From positions 1-64,000 of IMG/VR virus record IMGVR_UViG_3300045999_008996: a stretch of DNA of 64,000 nt; one strand, 5' to 3'. Positions 20,525-33,600 of this stretch are shown piece after piece. Each line of letters begins with the position of its first letter. The first letter of the stretch is position 1. The notes beneath the pieces were generated by a model. It searched no databases. It saw only the letters and a list, made by a program, of their open reading frames with translations, and was not told where the DNA came from. Position numbers and translations under genes: made by a program.

Positions 20525-23500
20525 TTACTTCTTCTTACTGCTACTATTTTTATTGCCTTTATCATCATTTTTATTTTTGTTACCATCACCACTATTTTTA
20601 TAACTGCCATCACTATACCCCCAAATGCTAGTGCTGCTGCTAGAATTTGCGGGTTTTGGTTGTGATTTTGCTGCTGATGCTGGTGCGGGAGAAAATATAC
20701 CCGTTGATGGTGAACTACTCTTGGACGTAGATGATGGTTCTTGCTTAGAAGATGAATTATTATTCGAATTAGTACCGGAAATTCCTGGACCTGTTTTTGA
20801 TGTTTGCCCTTGAACACCAATCGGAACCCCAACAGATGGAATATCAACTCTATCCGATTTTTTAATATTAGAAGTTTGAACTTTAATATTAGTGGCATCT
20901 GCGTAAGAGGAATTGTTAATAGCGTTAACAATCTTTTTCTCTTGTTTTGCAGTCATATCAGTAGAAATTAGGTTTCTTAGGTCTTTTGGAATATCAGCAG
21001 CTTTTGCAAGTTCCTTTAATCTCTTTTCTCCATTTTCAGCCAATCTAGGAGTTCCAAAGTTATAATAAATTTTAGTTGGATTTGATACTTGAGAAGGAGA
21101 AGTAGGTTCTTGAGGAGTGGGAAGTTGTTGAGTGGATGTTGTAGTTGTGGGTTGAGCACCTCCACTAGATGAGACTCCTCCACCACCAGATGGAACTCCA
21201 CCCCTTGATGGTGGAATTGGATTTTCTCTCGGTGGTTCTACAGGTGGAGTTCCGGGTCCAGGTACAATAAACTCTCCCTCCGATGTCTCTATTCTTATTG
21301 GTCTTGAGACAAGAACATTTTCTTGAACCGTATTAATTTTTCCTTCAGAAAAATATTTTTCTTCGGCACTAGTCGAATATGTACCATAAATTAAAGAGTT
21401 AGTGGAACTACTAGTCAATCTAAAACTTTTACTGCCACATTCAAATTTTGGATTTACATCCAAATTTGGATTTGGAATAAAGAATGAACCAATAACTACT
21501 CCGGTTTCATCTGTTAATAGTCTAATATTGGTAATTGTAGCCTCTGCTTTACTTGTTTGCCCTCTCAATACTAGTCCTGTCACAATATATCCACTAAAAT
21601 TACCTTGTGGTTGATTTGATAGACTAAAGGTATCGACATTTAAAATTGTTGATGTTGATGAATATAACGCAGGAATAACATTTGAGGGGTTGTATGGATT
21701 CGATAGATAAATATCCGAAGGTGTTCGATAATCACCGTACTTATGATTTTGTGCAGCAACTCTAAATTTTATTATTGGCGAAGGAGAAATTCCGGAAGAT
21801 AATACAAATCCCTCTACAGTTTCTCCAACTTCAAAAACCCCACTAAGCATTTGTATTTCAAGTAGTTTTGGAATAATATATCTACTGATATCGATACCAC
21901 CAAAGAAAGAATATACTCTGGTAAGTGGTTTCATTCTCTTAGATATAAATTCTAAATTTCTAGATCTCATATAAGGTATTACCTTTGTATCTAATATCTT
22001 ATCACCTAGCGATGATCTCTTTTCAGGTATAATCCAATATTTTTCTACCGAATTCCATGTAGCACCGGCAAATCCTTTTTGTTGGTCATACTTCAATAAT
22101 TGTGCAAGTTCAGTTTCTTCTCTCTCGATAAAAATATTATTTGCAGTGTTTCTAACTGGATCGACCCACACATCAGAAGATGGGAACAGTGCGATAGTTC
22201 CACTGTAAAAATCTTCTGCATAAGGATTTACATTTACAGATCTGGAAGAGTATGGTTGTATAATATATGGAACCTCTGTATAGTTTAAAGTAACTAATTG
22301 TCCAGTTCTTGTGACACCAATACCAATAAGGTTATCATCAGTTCTTGCATCTGCAAGAGGATTTGCAGATGCTCCTAAACCCACTAAAGAATTAGTTCCC
22401 AGTAACAAATCGACTGATGTTGAAAAATGCGAAGGTCTTATTTCTCTATTGTCTATGTCGATGGAGTTTTTGTTGGATATTTGACTATTTTGCGTAGTTT
22501 TTGAGGTAAAATTATCAACAAAAAATCCAGATTTAAATCTATTGATCCCGTTCTCATCAGTCACTTGGAAATTAGAGGCATTAACTTCAAGTAAAGAAAG
22601 TGAAGTATAATATTCTAAATTTTCTATTCTATTTTCAAGTAAAGTAATATCAGACATTCTATATCTTTTATGCTCTTTTAGATTGATATCAATGTCATTA
22701 ATATCCTCAAGATAAGCTGGAAGATATGCCGTAGCAATTTCTAAAGCATCTTCCCCAATAATTGGTGGTTGGGGTTCTTCAGAAGGAACTCCGGATTTTA
22801 ATTGGAAAACGCCAGATCTATCTACAGTAATTTTATCAATTCTTGGTAGATAAAAAGAGTACGTTAATGTAATTGATTCATCAGATGCTAGAATATTAGA
22901 TGAAGAATTCCCCGATTGTGTAAAATTTCTTGACAGAAATTCAAATGGAGAATATTTGGAATTGTTCAAAGAACTGATAGAAGTATTAGAAACTCTAGGT
23001 CTAATGTCTAGAATGTCGGAATTTTTTACTGCGTAATCATAAGTATATCCAATGTCAAGATAATCAAACTGCCCATAGGAATTTACTGTAGTTAAATCTC
23101 CGGTATCTGACGTAGAAAAACTTGCAGATCCGAAAACAATTTTTAATTTTTTTGTTGGTTCTTTTGTATTTGGAAGTCTATTTAGTTTAGAGTAATCATA
23201 TATTGTTTCTTTCTGGTTTCTGTCAAGATTAAAAGAAGATGCAATATTTTTATCGCCTACATCTAAAGTTGAAATAAAAGCAGTAATTTTAGAATTACTA
23301 AAAGTTATTTTTTCTCCTTCAATAAAATTATTAGAATTTAAGTATACAAATCCAATTTTTGAATCATTAATTTTTTCGGAATAAATTCCAATAGATTTGC
23401 TTTTTTCTCCAATAAATTCTTCACCAAGTAAAAGATCTGAAGTTTTATTTGTTGGTCCATTTAAAGAAGATAGGACAACAGATGGAAGATCTGGATTATT

Positions 23501-26041
23501 CAAATCATTTGATTCGAATATACCATAAACATTAGTAACATCCGGTTCAAATAAGCAAATTTCTTCATCCTGAACTCTGGTTCCATATGGATATTTACCA
23601 AATTCAAGTCCATCATTTAAAGTAGTTGATCCTATTCCAGATGCAGAATATTTAGATTTATCAATAATTAATGTTTTTACACTGTTGTTGTTTTTAATTT
23701 TTGCCTTTACGTCTGTTTTTCTAAGGGTTGCGATTAATTTTGCATCCCCATCATTTGAAAGACCATTTATTGTTAGTGAACTAGATCCATTTGTAAATAA
23801 AAACTTATCAGAACTCAGTAATTCTGTTGCACCATTTTTTCCAATTAAAACATATCTTTCTTCATCGTATGGTAGAAAAACTTCACCACCACCAGCATTT
23901 ATAACTCCGGTAGAATTCGAAGAGATAGTTACATCAAATTGCTTTCTTATGATTAAATTTGATTTTGATAAATCTACATTTGATATGTATGATTTTGGTA
24001 AAATGGTGTATAAAGAATTATCTTCTGATCTCTGTAATTTTGTTGTTAAGATTGTAAAATTAGATGGATTTATTATTGTGCTCGGCAACGCTCCATCACA
24101 AATTCCCGATACTGTTGTAATTCCGCTAATTGTTAATGATTTTTCGGATACTGATTCAATTTTGGCAAAAGTGTCTACAGAAAGACCTGGATTGGAAAAA
24201 GCAACCAAATTTCCAACAGTTGCAATTCCGGCAAAAAATTTATCAGATGATATAACAGTGCTAATTCCAGATGAATTTGCAGTTATTGTTACCTGCCCAA
24301 AGTTTAATCCTACACTTTGGACCGTATCTCCAGTAAAGGTATATGCAGTTCCAACAATACCATATATAGATTTTATATCACTAGTTCCATAGGATCTAAT
24401 TTGTTTCGTAACTCTATTATTTTCTATACCATCAAAAATAAGTTTTTCCCCCAAAGAGAATTTTCCTTGAGAATTATAAACTGTAATTGCTACTCCTGCT
24501 GAGACATCATATCTAAGAAAACCAACAGCTCCACTTTCCTTTCCTTTAACATGAACTGGTGTTGATAATGTTATTGGTTCGTTTAGAGTTAATGTAGTAT
24601 ATGTTTGTATATCATATAAAGAAATATCCCATTGATTTTCATTTGGATTTGATGCACTGTATGACCCAGATTCTAAAGCAAAATCATAAACTCTAGCAAG
24701 ACCAATTTCTTGACCTGGTGCAGTTGTTGAAGATATTCCTACGCGAGAATCTCTAAGACTTACGTAATAAGTAGTAGCAATACTAACTATTGGAGACCCA
24801 TAAACTCTGTTGAGAGTAAAAGTTGGACCCGTAAAATAATTTATACTTTGATTTTCTAGTGTTTTTGTTTCTCTTGGTTTTGGAAAATCCAAAAATGTTG
24901 GAGATATTGTTTCAATCTCATATCCTCTAATATACGCTTTAAAGGGTGATATATTGTATGCTCCCAACCCTTCGGATGAAGGATTGTTATTATATGTCAA
25001 TTGACCTTCGTTGAAAATGCCATTATTTCCTTTAAAATTGTTTAAAGTTTCTTGTGCTTTAATAATAGGAGCATCAACATAATAATCTCCAGACTCATCG
25101 AAAGTTCTTCTAGCAAACTCTTGAGAAAGAATATTATACTGTGACGTGTTTGAAATATTAATTAAGTTACCTTGATTAATCTCCAACAATTGAATAAAAT
25201 TATTTGTATCAGTTGAGTCTAGTGGTATTTTTTCTAGTTTTGTAAAAATACTAAATCTATCTGCACCTGGAGCAGCATAATTGGAAAACCCTTGTGCGTT
25301 ATCATATAAATCTTCATTATCAAACGCTGTTCTAATTTCTTCAAATATTCTTAGTCCAACTTTAGCACTTGGAATATTAGAATATGGATCTAGATATAAA
25401 ACACATGTAGGAACATCTACAAAATAACCCCTAATGTAATAAACACCCTCTTCCAGATAAACTGCAGATGCTTTGTAAGTACTATTTTGAGAAACTGTCG
25501 CAGCAAATCCTTGTCCACTTTGAAGTAAAATTTCAGCAATATCTTCATTTTCTAAGGTAGTTCTATCAATTACTGTTACATCCTCATCGACTAATAATAT
25601 TTCACCATCAATAAAAGATTTACTGGAATTAGTTTGTGAGTCTGAAGATAAGTACTTTACAATTAATGTAATTCTTTTTATATCCCCAGATATGTCCAAA
25701 TAGTCTTGAATTTCTGCAGTAATCCCACTTTTACTTCCTCTTATTTTTGTTCCAATTAAACTATCAAGATATAAATTAGTCGGAAGTCCTTGATAAGTGT
25801 CTTCTAAAATTACGCTATTTAAATCATTTTTATAAATTATATTGCCAGGAATAACAACAGATCCCTCTTTAAAAACGTGATTTCCAAACTTTTCAATTTG
25901 ACCTTGCAGAATAGACTGTAAGGTAGTTAATTCTCTTGCCTGAACAGGATATCCTGGTTTAAAAAGTACTTTATAATATTCATTTCTTGGATCAAAATCA
26001 TCAAAATATGGAGAGACGTTGAGATTAGTTTCCTGTGGCAT
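20525..26041 (-). CDS. Large virion structural protein (DUF4815/VrlC-type, N-terminal part)
   Basis: MPQETNLNVSPYFDDF, QARELTTLQSILQ, APGADR, FARRTFDESGDY, RFKSGFFVDNF motifs. Confidence 0.88.
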   Translation of the reverse strand: MPQETNLNVSPYFDDFDPRNEYYKVLFKPGYPVQARELTTLQSILQGQIEKFGNHVFKEGSVVIPGNIIYKNDLNSVILEDTYQGLPTNLYLDSLIGTKIRGSKSGITAEIQDYLDISGDIKRITLIVKYLSSDSQTNSSKSFIDGEILLVDEDVTVIDRTTLENEDIAEILLQSGQGFAATVSQNSTYKASAVYLEEGVYYIRGYFVDVPTCVLYLDPYSNIPSAKVGLRIFEEIRTAFDNEDLYDNAQGFSNYAAPGADRFSIFTKLEKIPLDSTDTNNFIQLLEINQGNLINISNTSQYNILSQEFARRTFDESGDYYVDAPIIKAQETLNNFKGNNGIFNEGQLTYNNNPSSEGLGAYNISPFKAYIRGYEIETISPTFLDFPKPRETKTLENQSINYFTGPTFTLNRVYGSPIVSIATTYYVSLRDSRVGISSTTAPGQEIGLARVYDFALESGSYSASNPNENQWDISLYDIQTYTTLTLNEPITLSTPVHVKGKESGAVGFLRYDVSAGVAITVYNSQGKFSLGEKLIFDGIENNRVTKQIRSYGTSDIKSIYGIVGTAYTFTGDTVQSVGLNFGQVTITANSSGISTVISSDKFFAGIATVGNLVAFSNPGLSVDTFAKIESVSEKSLTISGITTVSGICDGALPSTIINPSNFTILTTKLQRSEDNSLYTILPKSYISNVDLSKSNLIIRKQFDVTISSNSTGVINAGGGEVFLPYDEERYVLIGKNGATELLSSDKFLFTNGSSSLTINGLSNDGDAKLIATLRKTDVKAKIKNNNSVKTLIIDKSKYSASGIGSTTLNDGLEFGKYPYGTRVQDEEICLFEPDVTNVYGIFESNDLNNPDLPSVVLSSLNGPTNKTSDLLLGEEFIGEKSKSIGIYSEKINDSKIGFVYLNSNNFIEGEKITFSNSKITAFISTLDVGDKNIASSFNLDRNQKETIYDYSKLNRLPNTKEPTKKLKIVFGSASFSTSDTGDLTTVNSYGQFDYLDIGYTYDYAVKNSDILDIRPRVSNTSISSLNNSKYSPFEFLSRNFTQSGNSSSNILASDESITLTYSFYLPRIDKITVDRSGVFQLKSGVPSEEPQPPIIGEDALEIATAYLPAYLEDINDIDINLKEHKRYRMSDITLLENRIENLEYYTSLSLLEVNASNFQVTDENGINRFKSGFFVDNFTSKTTQNSQISNKNSIDIDNREIRPSHFSTSVDLLLGTNSLVGLGASANPLADARTDDNLIGIGVTRTGQLVTLNYTEVPYIIQPYSSRSVNVNPYAEDFYSGTIALFPSSDVWVDPVRNTANNIFIEREETELAQLLKYDQQKGFAGATWNSVEKYWIIPEKRSSLGDKILDTKVIPYMRSRNLEFISKRMKPLTRVYSFFGGIDISRYIIPKLLEIQMLSGVFEVGETVEGFVLSSGISPSPIIKFRVAAQNHKYGDYRTPSDIYLSNPYNPSNVIPALYSSTSTILNVDTFSLSNQPQGNFSGYIVTGLVLRGQTSKAEATITNIRLLTDETGVVIGSFFIPNPNLDVNPKFECGSKSFRLTSSSTNSLIYGTYSTSAEEKYFSEGKINTVQENVLVSRPIRIETSEGEFIVPGPGTPPVEPPRENPIPPSRGGVPSGGGGVSSSGGAQPTTTTSTQQLPTPQEPTSPSQVSNPTKIYYNFGTPRLAENGEKRLKELAKAADIPKDLRNLISTDMTAKQEKKIVNAINNSSYADATNIKVQTSNIKKSDRVDIPSVGVPIGVQGQTSKTGPGISGTNSNNNSSSKQEPSSTSKSSSPSTGIFSPAPASAAKSQPKPANSSSSTSIWGYSDGSYKNSGDGNKNKNDDKGNKNSSSKKK

Positions 26042-26047
26042 AATTCT

Positions 26048-27598
26048 TTAGAATTGCAAAATGACTTTAATATCTTCTTTTTGGTTTTGTGATCTAGTAA
26101 TTGATGGTCTATTATCGACGTAAATAATATTTCCTGAGTATTTTTTAACCTCCGGATTTGATATTCCACCAATAAAAGACTGACCAAGATTATATGTTCT
26201 ATTATTTATCGAGGTAGAGACGCCCGTAAAGGTACTGTCAATATAAAGATTAGTTCCGGTTATAAATGTAGTCCCCCCCGTACCTACGGAACTTGTAAAT
26301 CGATTTAAATTAATTCCATAAGTTGGGGAAGCATTTTGAGATCCATCTGTATTAAACCCAACAAGACTTTTATCCTGCCAGTATTTCAAAACGCCCGTGT
26401 TTTGATCATAAGAAATTACTCTACCAACTGCTGTTGTACCGGTGCTTATGGTTTGGGTAAATCTTGAATTTGCACTAAAACTTGCAGTGTCATATCCTGT
26501 TCCGGCAAGTTTTAGTGCATAAACTGCGCTTGCTTTGTCTATACCTAATAATGTAGATGAATTATACGATTGGGGATTTTCCACAATTCCAACTCTAGCA
26601 ATCTTATTTCCCGTTATAAAATCTGGGTTTTCTAAATCGTTTTCTATTCTAGAGTAAATGAGAACATTATGTGCGCCAAGTTCTCTATAAATATCATGTC
26701 CATGTCCACCTTTTGGTGGAATAATAACATCAAAAGTTGGGGTTGTTGTTCCTGTCGGGACGTTTCCGCCGACTAAATCAACAGTTCCGTAAGTATATCC
26801 ATCTCCACCAGAGGAAACAGTAATTGATTCTACTTTAGAGTCGGAATTGATTACGATGGTTGCTTTGCCTCCAGTTCCATCTCCTTTAATTGGAACGTTT
26901 GTATATACCCTATCTGCTGTACCTAGTCCTACGCCACGATTTGTAATTGTAACTATTTTAAGTTGATTATTAGTAGCAGATGCATTTGCTCTTATTGCAG
27001 AATTATCGGAATTAGTTTCCCAATTTTTGGGAACCGATACAAAATTAATTGTATCAAATTTTACAAATTCGCTTGGTTTAATAGTGTAAAGATACTTCCA
27101 AATATATCCATCGTTACTATCACCTGCTGGTTTTGGTTCTAAATCTATGAAAGTCGGTTCATCGAGAGATGGTCTTCCCTCTGGATTTTCCGGATCTGTT
27201 CCATTTTGTAGGCAAATATAAACCCTATAATCACTATTAATTACGTAATAATTTGCGGAATATAAACTTGTTGCTCCGGATGGTTTTGAAGTCCTGGTTC
27301 TACTGATATCATGACGGTACATATCATAAGTAGTTCCAGAAGACCATGTTATTTTTCTAACAACTTGGTTTACATCAGTTGCTTTAATTTTTTTTAAAGC
27401 AACCATAGTATCCCAGTAATCATTTTCTTGCTCAAAACTATCTTTTGGTGACGGTGGATTACTTTCCCATCCAGAAGAATAATCAGTTGCATTAGTTAAA
27501 CCAACAAAAGCATAATAAGAATTTGACGAAGAAGTTGCTGCAGAAACAAAATTCTTCGCATTCAAAATTCTTAATTGGTCAGTTATAATTGCAGACAT
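26048..27598 (-). CDS. g8: Baseplate wedge protein gp8
   Basis: DGYIWKYLYTI, YSGNIIYVDNR...QKEDIKVILQF. Confidence 0.92.
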   Translation of the reverse strand: MSAIITDQLRILNAKNFVSAATSSSNSYYAFVGLTNATDYSSGWESNPPSPKDSFEQENDYWDTMVALKKIKATDVNQVVRKITWSSGTTYDMYRHDISRTRTSKPSGATSLYSANYYVINSDYRVYICLQNGTDPENPEGRPSLDEPTFIDLEPKPAGDSNDGYIWKYLYTIKPSEFVKFDTINFVSVPKNWETNSDNSAIRANASATNNQLKIVTITNRGVGLGTADRVYTNVPIKGDGTGGKATIVINSDSKVESITVSSGGDGYTYGTVDLVGGNVPTGTTTPTFDVIIPPKGGHGHDIYRELGAHNVLIYSRIENDLENPDFITGNKIARVGIVENPQSYNSSTLLGIDKASAVYALKLAGTGYDTASFSANSRFTQTISTGTTAVGRVISYDQNTGVLKYWQDKSLVGFNTDGSQNASPTYGINLNRFTSSVGTGGTTFITGTNLYIDSTFTGVSTSINNRTYNLGQSFIGGISNPEVKKYSGNIIYVDNRPSITRSQNQKEDIKVILQF

Positions 27599-27617
27599 TT
27601 TACGGTTTTTTATCTAT

Positions 27618-30600
27618 TTATGAGGTTGAATAACCAACATACTTTAATTTATTATATCTTTGGACTATGGGCGAAGTTGAAATACCTCCAACATTTGCAT
27701 AAGTAATAAATTCTTCTGGATTTTTTCGAATTGGCGTTAAGATTCTTCCCCAACTATATTCTCCATAAAAACTACTAAACCCAAGACCACTTAATCCATT
27801 ATAATCCGATACACTCACTGTAACTTTAGCAACATTAGTAATACCAACTCCGGGCACTGCAGTCTGTGCGATAGAAACTGCAGCAACTTGATAGATATTA
27901 TCTATAAATGTTGTTCCTACGCCCACAATATTGCCAGATGAATTGAGTGAAGTTAATCCTTTACCAACATTTGACGTGGATACTACAAAGTAATAACCAG
28001 TTTGAATACCACTGATTCCTGTTGTTGCAATGCCAACCTTGACGGTTTTGCCGTCTCTTAAAATGGAATTACTTGGAATAAAGAAATCAAATACTATTCC
28101 GGTTGACGCAACACCCACGGAAGTGGTTTTAATACCAGTAATCACTCCAAAGTCTCCTTCATAAGAAACTTTATCAATAATTTCATATTTGAAGGATGGG
28201 GGATCAATTAAAACAGCAGGTGGTTCTGTGATAGAGTATCCAAGTCCAGCAACAGTTATTGCAATCCCTGTTACAACTCCTCCCGATATAGTTGCAAGTG
28301 CTCTTGCAGTATTTTGAGATGTAGTTGTTCCAAATCCAATTGGACCCGCAATTGTTACTAATGGTGCAGAGGAGTATCCCACACCACCATTAGTAATTGC
28401 AATAGAAGAAATAGTACCAGAAGTTGAAACTATTGCAGTAGATATTGCAGAAGTTATAGTATCTTGAGATACAATGAGTATTTTATTTTGTGGTTTTTCG
28501 TTAGTTCCGTCATGAACATATTCTTTTTCACTGTCAAAAAATGCTTTGACACTTTCAACAAAAATTGCGGTAGATGCAATACCAATATTTTGAATTATGT
28601 TTGTAGTGGGTTGAATATAGGGTTCATAGATAGATCTATCTTTCCCAACATAAAAACCATTTACAGTGCGATCTTCAGTTTGTCGGCACCAAGTCAACGG
28701 TCTAATTAAGTTTTCATTTGACGAAACTCCAGGTCCTGAATATAAATTAGTATTAATTATATCAGAAGAAACAATATCAGTTACTACCCTATCTTCTTGA
28801 GTAAGATTGATGCTATCATCTGTCAGTAAAACATCATCTCCAATCTTGATTGTTTCTAAAATATCAACATCTTGGGTGTCCAAATCACCAGTCCCTCTAT
28901 AGAACAATATTCTTGAAGTGTCACCTTCCTTTGGAGCTTCTGTAAACCTTATAATACTCCCTCCATTAAAGGTGTATCCCTTTCCTGGAACTTGAAGAAC
29001 ATCATTAATAAAGACTAGTAAAGTTGCTTGAACTTCTTCTTTTGTTAATTTTTTGGACCTAATTGTTGTCTGATTGCCATTGATAAGGATTGGGAATGAT
29101 TTTCTATTTCCGTCAAATAAAGTATCTAAAGGATCAATTACTTGAAGTCTACCGACTGACCAAGAAGCAAACTTATCAGACTGAACTTTATCTACTGTAA
29201 TTTCAAACTTAGAAAAACTTAATGAAGTATCTGTTGGGATACCTGCAGTTCCTCCAATGGAAACCGTTAAAATATCATTTGGTTTATATCCATAACCTAA
29301 GTTTTTCAACTCAAATGAAATTACACTAGATCCCTGCCCAACAACAACATCCACAAAAGCACCGGTTCCGACACCAGATGGTGATTGAGAACTATAAATC
29401 AAAGGAATATTTGAATATGATAGTGGAGAATCAAAAATAACAATTGGTGGATTTGATGAAGTATATCCGATACCTGGATTGGTAATAGAAACACCAACTA
29501 TACGACCATTACTTACTGACGCAGTTCCAATGAATTCTATATTTGGAATTCCTGTGCTTTCTGTTTTAACACCAACATTTACAACAGTTTGAACTCCCAC
29601 TCTATAACCGGATCCACTATTTCCAATGCTAATAGATTGAATTGTTCCTGCAACTGATACTATCGCAGTTCCGCCTGCTGCTACAAGTGGTTGATATCCA
29701 AATCCTTCAGTAGACCCTACTGACAAAATAATTCCACCCCTGGGAATATTTGCAGTATTTACATCATATATTGTTGATGCAGAAGTTCCAACAAAAGTAA
29801 TAGTCGTAATTCCTGCACTTTCTGTTAAATCATAACTATCAACTATGTTTATAGTGCTTGGACCTTGGAATATATCATTAATCAAAACGATCGCATTATC
29901 CGTTGATATTCCAGTAACATTAGATCCTTCAGACTTTAAAGTAAAGGTTTTGCCTATACCATTAAAGTTACTTGAAATATCATCAAAAATATAATTTTTA
30001 TTATACGGTTCAATAGAAGTGTCTTGTTCTCCAGATCTCAAAAATATTCTTCCACTAAATGTTGATCCTGTCACAATTCCAGTATAATCAATCTCATCTG
30101 CTCTATTTGTAGAATTTAAAATAGGGACTTTTCCATAAGGAGCTTCATCAAAATAAATTGTGTTATCGACAATATTGTAGTTTCCTAAAACTTTTTTAAC
30201 AAGAGAAGATGATGAGTGTGTTGACAATCCAGTTCCTAACCATGGTCTTATAACTGAAACTGAATTTGTGCTTCCAACACCAACAGAGGCGACCCTCATA
30301 ATTTCATTGTCAATTTTAAGTAAATCTCCTCCAGATATTGAGTTAATTCCTGAAATAGATATTTCAGAATCAAAGAAACCTACATTTTTTGATAAAGTGG
30401 TTGTAACTGCAGTTGATGTAATTGGAGACTGAATTATATTATCAATACTGATGAGTGATTTTTTATTTTGATTTTTTGAAGTAAATATATGAGAACTTCC
30501 AATTCCAACTGCGGATATATTTAAAATAGTTGGAATAGACTTTAGTGCATTAGAAGCAGTATCCGCCAGTTGTATATTTAAATTATCAACTTTAACTGCA

Positions 30601-33600
30601 TATAAAGTAGATGGTAGTTTATCAGTTGTTCCTATTCCCGTTATAGTTGTTTCTGCTATTCCTATTGGACCAGACCCTGCGCCCGAATATGAATAATTTA
30701 TTTCTTCACCCGTAACAAAATTATGATATGGAATTTGAATAGTATTTTTTGTAATATTTACTATAGAAGAATTGCTTCCATCAAAATATCTTTGGAAAAT
30801 TGGTATATTTTGATATTTTAAATCAAAACTTTTTTTGATATCATTGTCTGTGCCAATGTAAGTCTCATAATCATAACTTAAACTTCCATTATTTAAAGAT
30901 AGTTGAATTGATTCATCTATTAAGTATAATTGCGTTTGGAAAACCTTTACATCAACATCAATATTTGCAATAGGTGTAAAATATGTATTTGTGATAGATC
31001 CAGAAATTCCAGCAGTTATTATTCCTAGGGACGATGAAGTGTTTAAATTTCCAAATTCTACAATATAACACTGATTATTGAATGTATCCGTAATTGTTAA
31101 AAATTCAGACACTTGATATTGTGAATTAGTTTCATCCTCAATACTAATAATTGAGTATGAACAGTTATTCTTTACATTCGAATAACTTGCGATTGTGTTT
31201 GCAGTCGGTGAAGGACTAGATGAAATTGATACTGAAGAAGAATCTAAAGTAGCACCACCGATGATTTGTGTTCCTACGCCACTCAAACTTGTATTAGCAA
31301 GTGAAACATTGAATGTATTAACAACATAATCAACAGATGTCGTATCATATGGTATTAAATCAATTACCACATTATTTCCTGAAATGTAGGCATCATATGT
31401 TCCTATACCTGATGTAGATCTTTGTACAAAAGTATCAGTTGTTATTTGCCCATAATCAAGTAATAAAACCTCAGAATCATTATGGATGTATGTTAGTTCA
31501 TCATACTCATAATAAGATGAGTTTGTTGCCCCAATTTGAACCAAAACTTTAGAAGATCTATATGTGGATGCGATACTGGCGATTGTTTCTCTATTAGATC
31601 CTGTTGATATTGTTGTTGTGTCTGTATTGACACGGACTGATGTTCCTAAATTAGTTGTTCCTACGCCACTAACTACATCATTAAGTGAAAAAGATAAGTT
31701 TGATATGTAATAATCATTAAATCTAAATTTAATTGGATAAAATAAAAGATTCCCTTTATTTCCTGTGATATTAAAATCAAAAAATCCCAAATCATTTAAA
31801 GAGTTCATTCCATATTGATTTAAAAATCCATTAGTGTCATTATGAATCAATGACACTAAAGAAACTTGGACTTCACTTGATGATCTTCTATCTTTTACTA
31901 AAGTAATGTACTTTTTAGATCTAACATCATCAAGAGTAAAGGAATCTACTATACCAAAGTTTGTTGCTCTGGGATTGCTATTAAATTGTCCAGAAATATC
32001 ATCGATCATTAAAACTTTATTGCCAATAGATTCAATGTAGTCTTGAATAATCCTAGAATTGAATAATATTTCATTTGATTTAATATTACCATCGATTAGA
32101 AGATTATTTTCCGAGGCAAGGTCAAAATCATAAACGCAATTTAAATCAATGACTCTGGATAAATCTGCAATACCAATAAAATCACCTTGATTTTGATTTG
32201 TAGAAATTCCTACATTTTCTTGCAATGAATCTATAATTAAACTACCAAATTTTTTAAATCCTGCAGTATGATTTAAAGCACTTACAGGATTGTCCCATGT
32301 ACTTAAATCTTTTTTTGATCTAAGTGCATATGAAAAATATTGATAATAATCACTATCGTGTATTCTTTGAAGGTCATTATTCAAAAATCCAGTTTCTGTA
32401 TGCCATCCTTTCTTAACTAAAGAAGTTGCATCAACTTTGTAGTCAGTTTCAAATGACAATATTTCTTTAATAATACCAACTGAATTTGTTGTTTCTCCTA
32501 ATATGGACTCTCCTACAGCAAAATCATCAATTGTGGAAACTTTGAGGTATTGGTTAGTTTCATCCCAAGATTCTACTTTTCCGGTTGATGTAGGTGAATA
32601 AACAGTTTCTCCTTTATAAAAATTATTCTTTTTAAGAACAGGGTCAAAAATTGGAAAATGAGATTCTGGAATTATTTTTCCTGCGGAATATATGCTACTA
32701 AATGTACCAGGAACTTCGCCATCTTTTAGATATGAGGATAAATTGTAAGTGACTGTTCCAATAGTTCCTCCAATATTTGGGTCTACTGCAGTGAGAGTGA
32801 AAAGAGCATAATCATAATTTGAAGAATTGTATCCCTTTCCAGTAGTAGCAATTCCTACACTTGTATTTTCAATTAAAACTTTACTTCCAACTGCAAAGGG
32901 GTAATCTTCGGGGTCACTAAAACTTGCACCTAAAGTTACTATTACGTCTTTTGATGTACTATTAAATACAATATTTTTTATTTTGACGCCATTAGAATTA
33001 TTTGTTGGTATTATTTTTGGTTTTGGATTGCTACTGATTGTCTTATTGTTTCTTTTTATGGTTACAGTAGAGTCTCCCAATTTGTAAAATAAATCAATAT
33101 CATTAATAACTCTATTAGTTAACCCATCAATAACTACAAGTGAGGGTGCAGTATTATAATTTCTTCCATTGGAAGAAATTCCAATGTAATCAAATGAAGA
33201 TAGTGGTTCTAATACTAGAAAACTTGGGAATTTTGCTATTGGTCTAACACTGTAATCTGAAGAGTATTCAAATCCAATATCTTCAATTTCAACTTCTTTT
33301 ACTTTTCCAATGGAAGTAGAACTAGGATCTAATACTCCACCAGATCCTTCATCCGATAAAATTGAAATAATATTTGGGAGTGATTTATACTCACCACTTT
33401 TTAAAACTAAGGTTTCTTGGATAGGACCTTTTGCACTTAAAGAATTTGTATAATATTCTACATCGTTTGAATATGATGTAGATTCTGGAATTGATAATAC
33501 ATTATAACTGAAAGTGTTTGAAGAAATAGCGACAATGGAATAATTTCCATCATACCCACTTTGACTTAGAGTTATTTTATTTGAACCAATTACTTCATCA

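Noticed and set aside
20488-20931. 147-aa overlapping ORF as a frameshift bridge between the two DUF4815 halves
   Set aside because: It stops at 20488, before 20368, and lies in a low-complexity region
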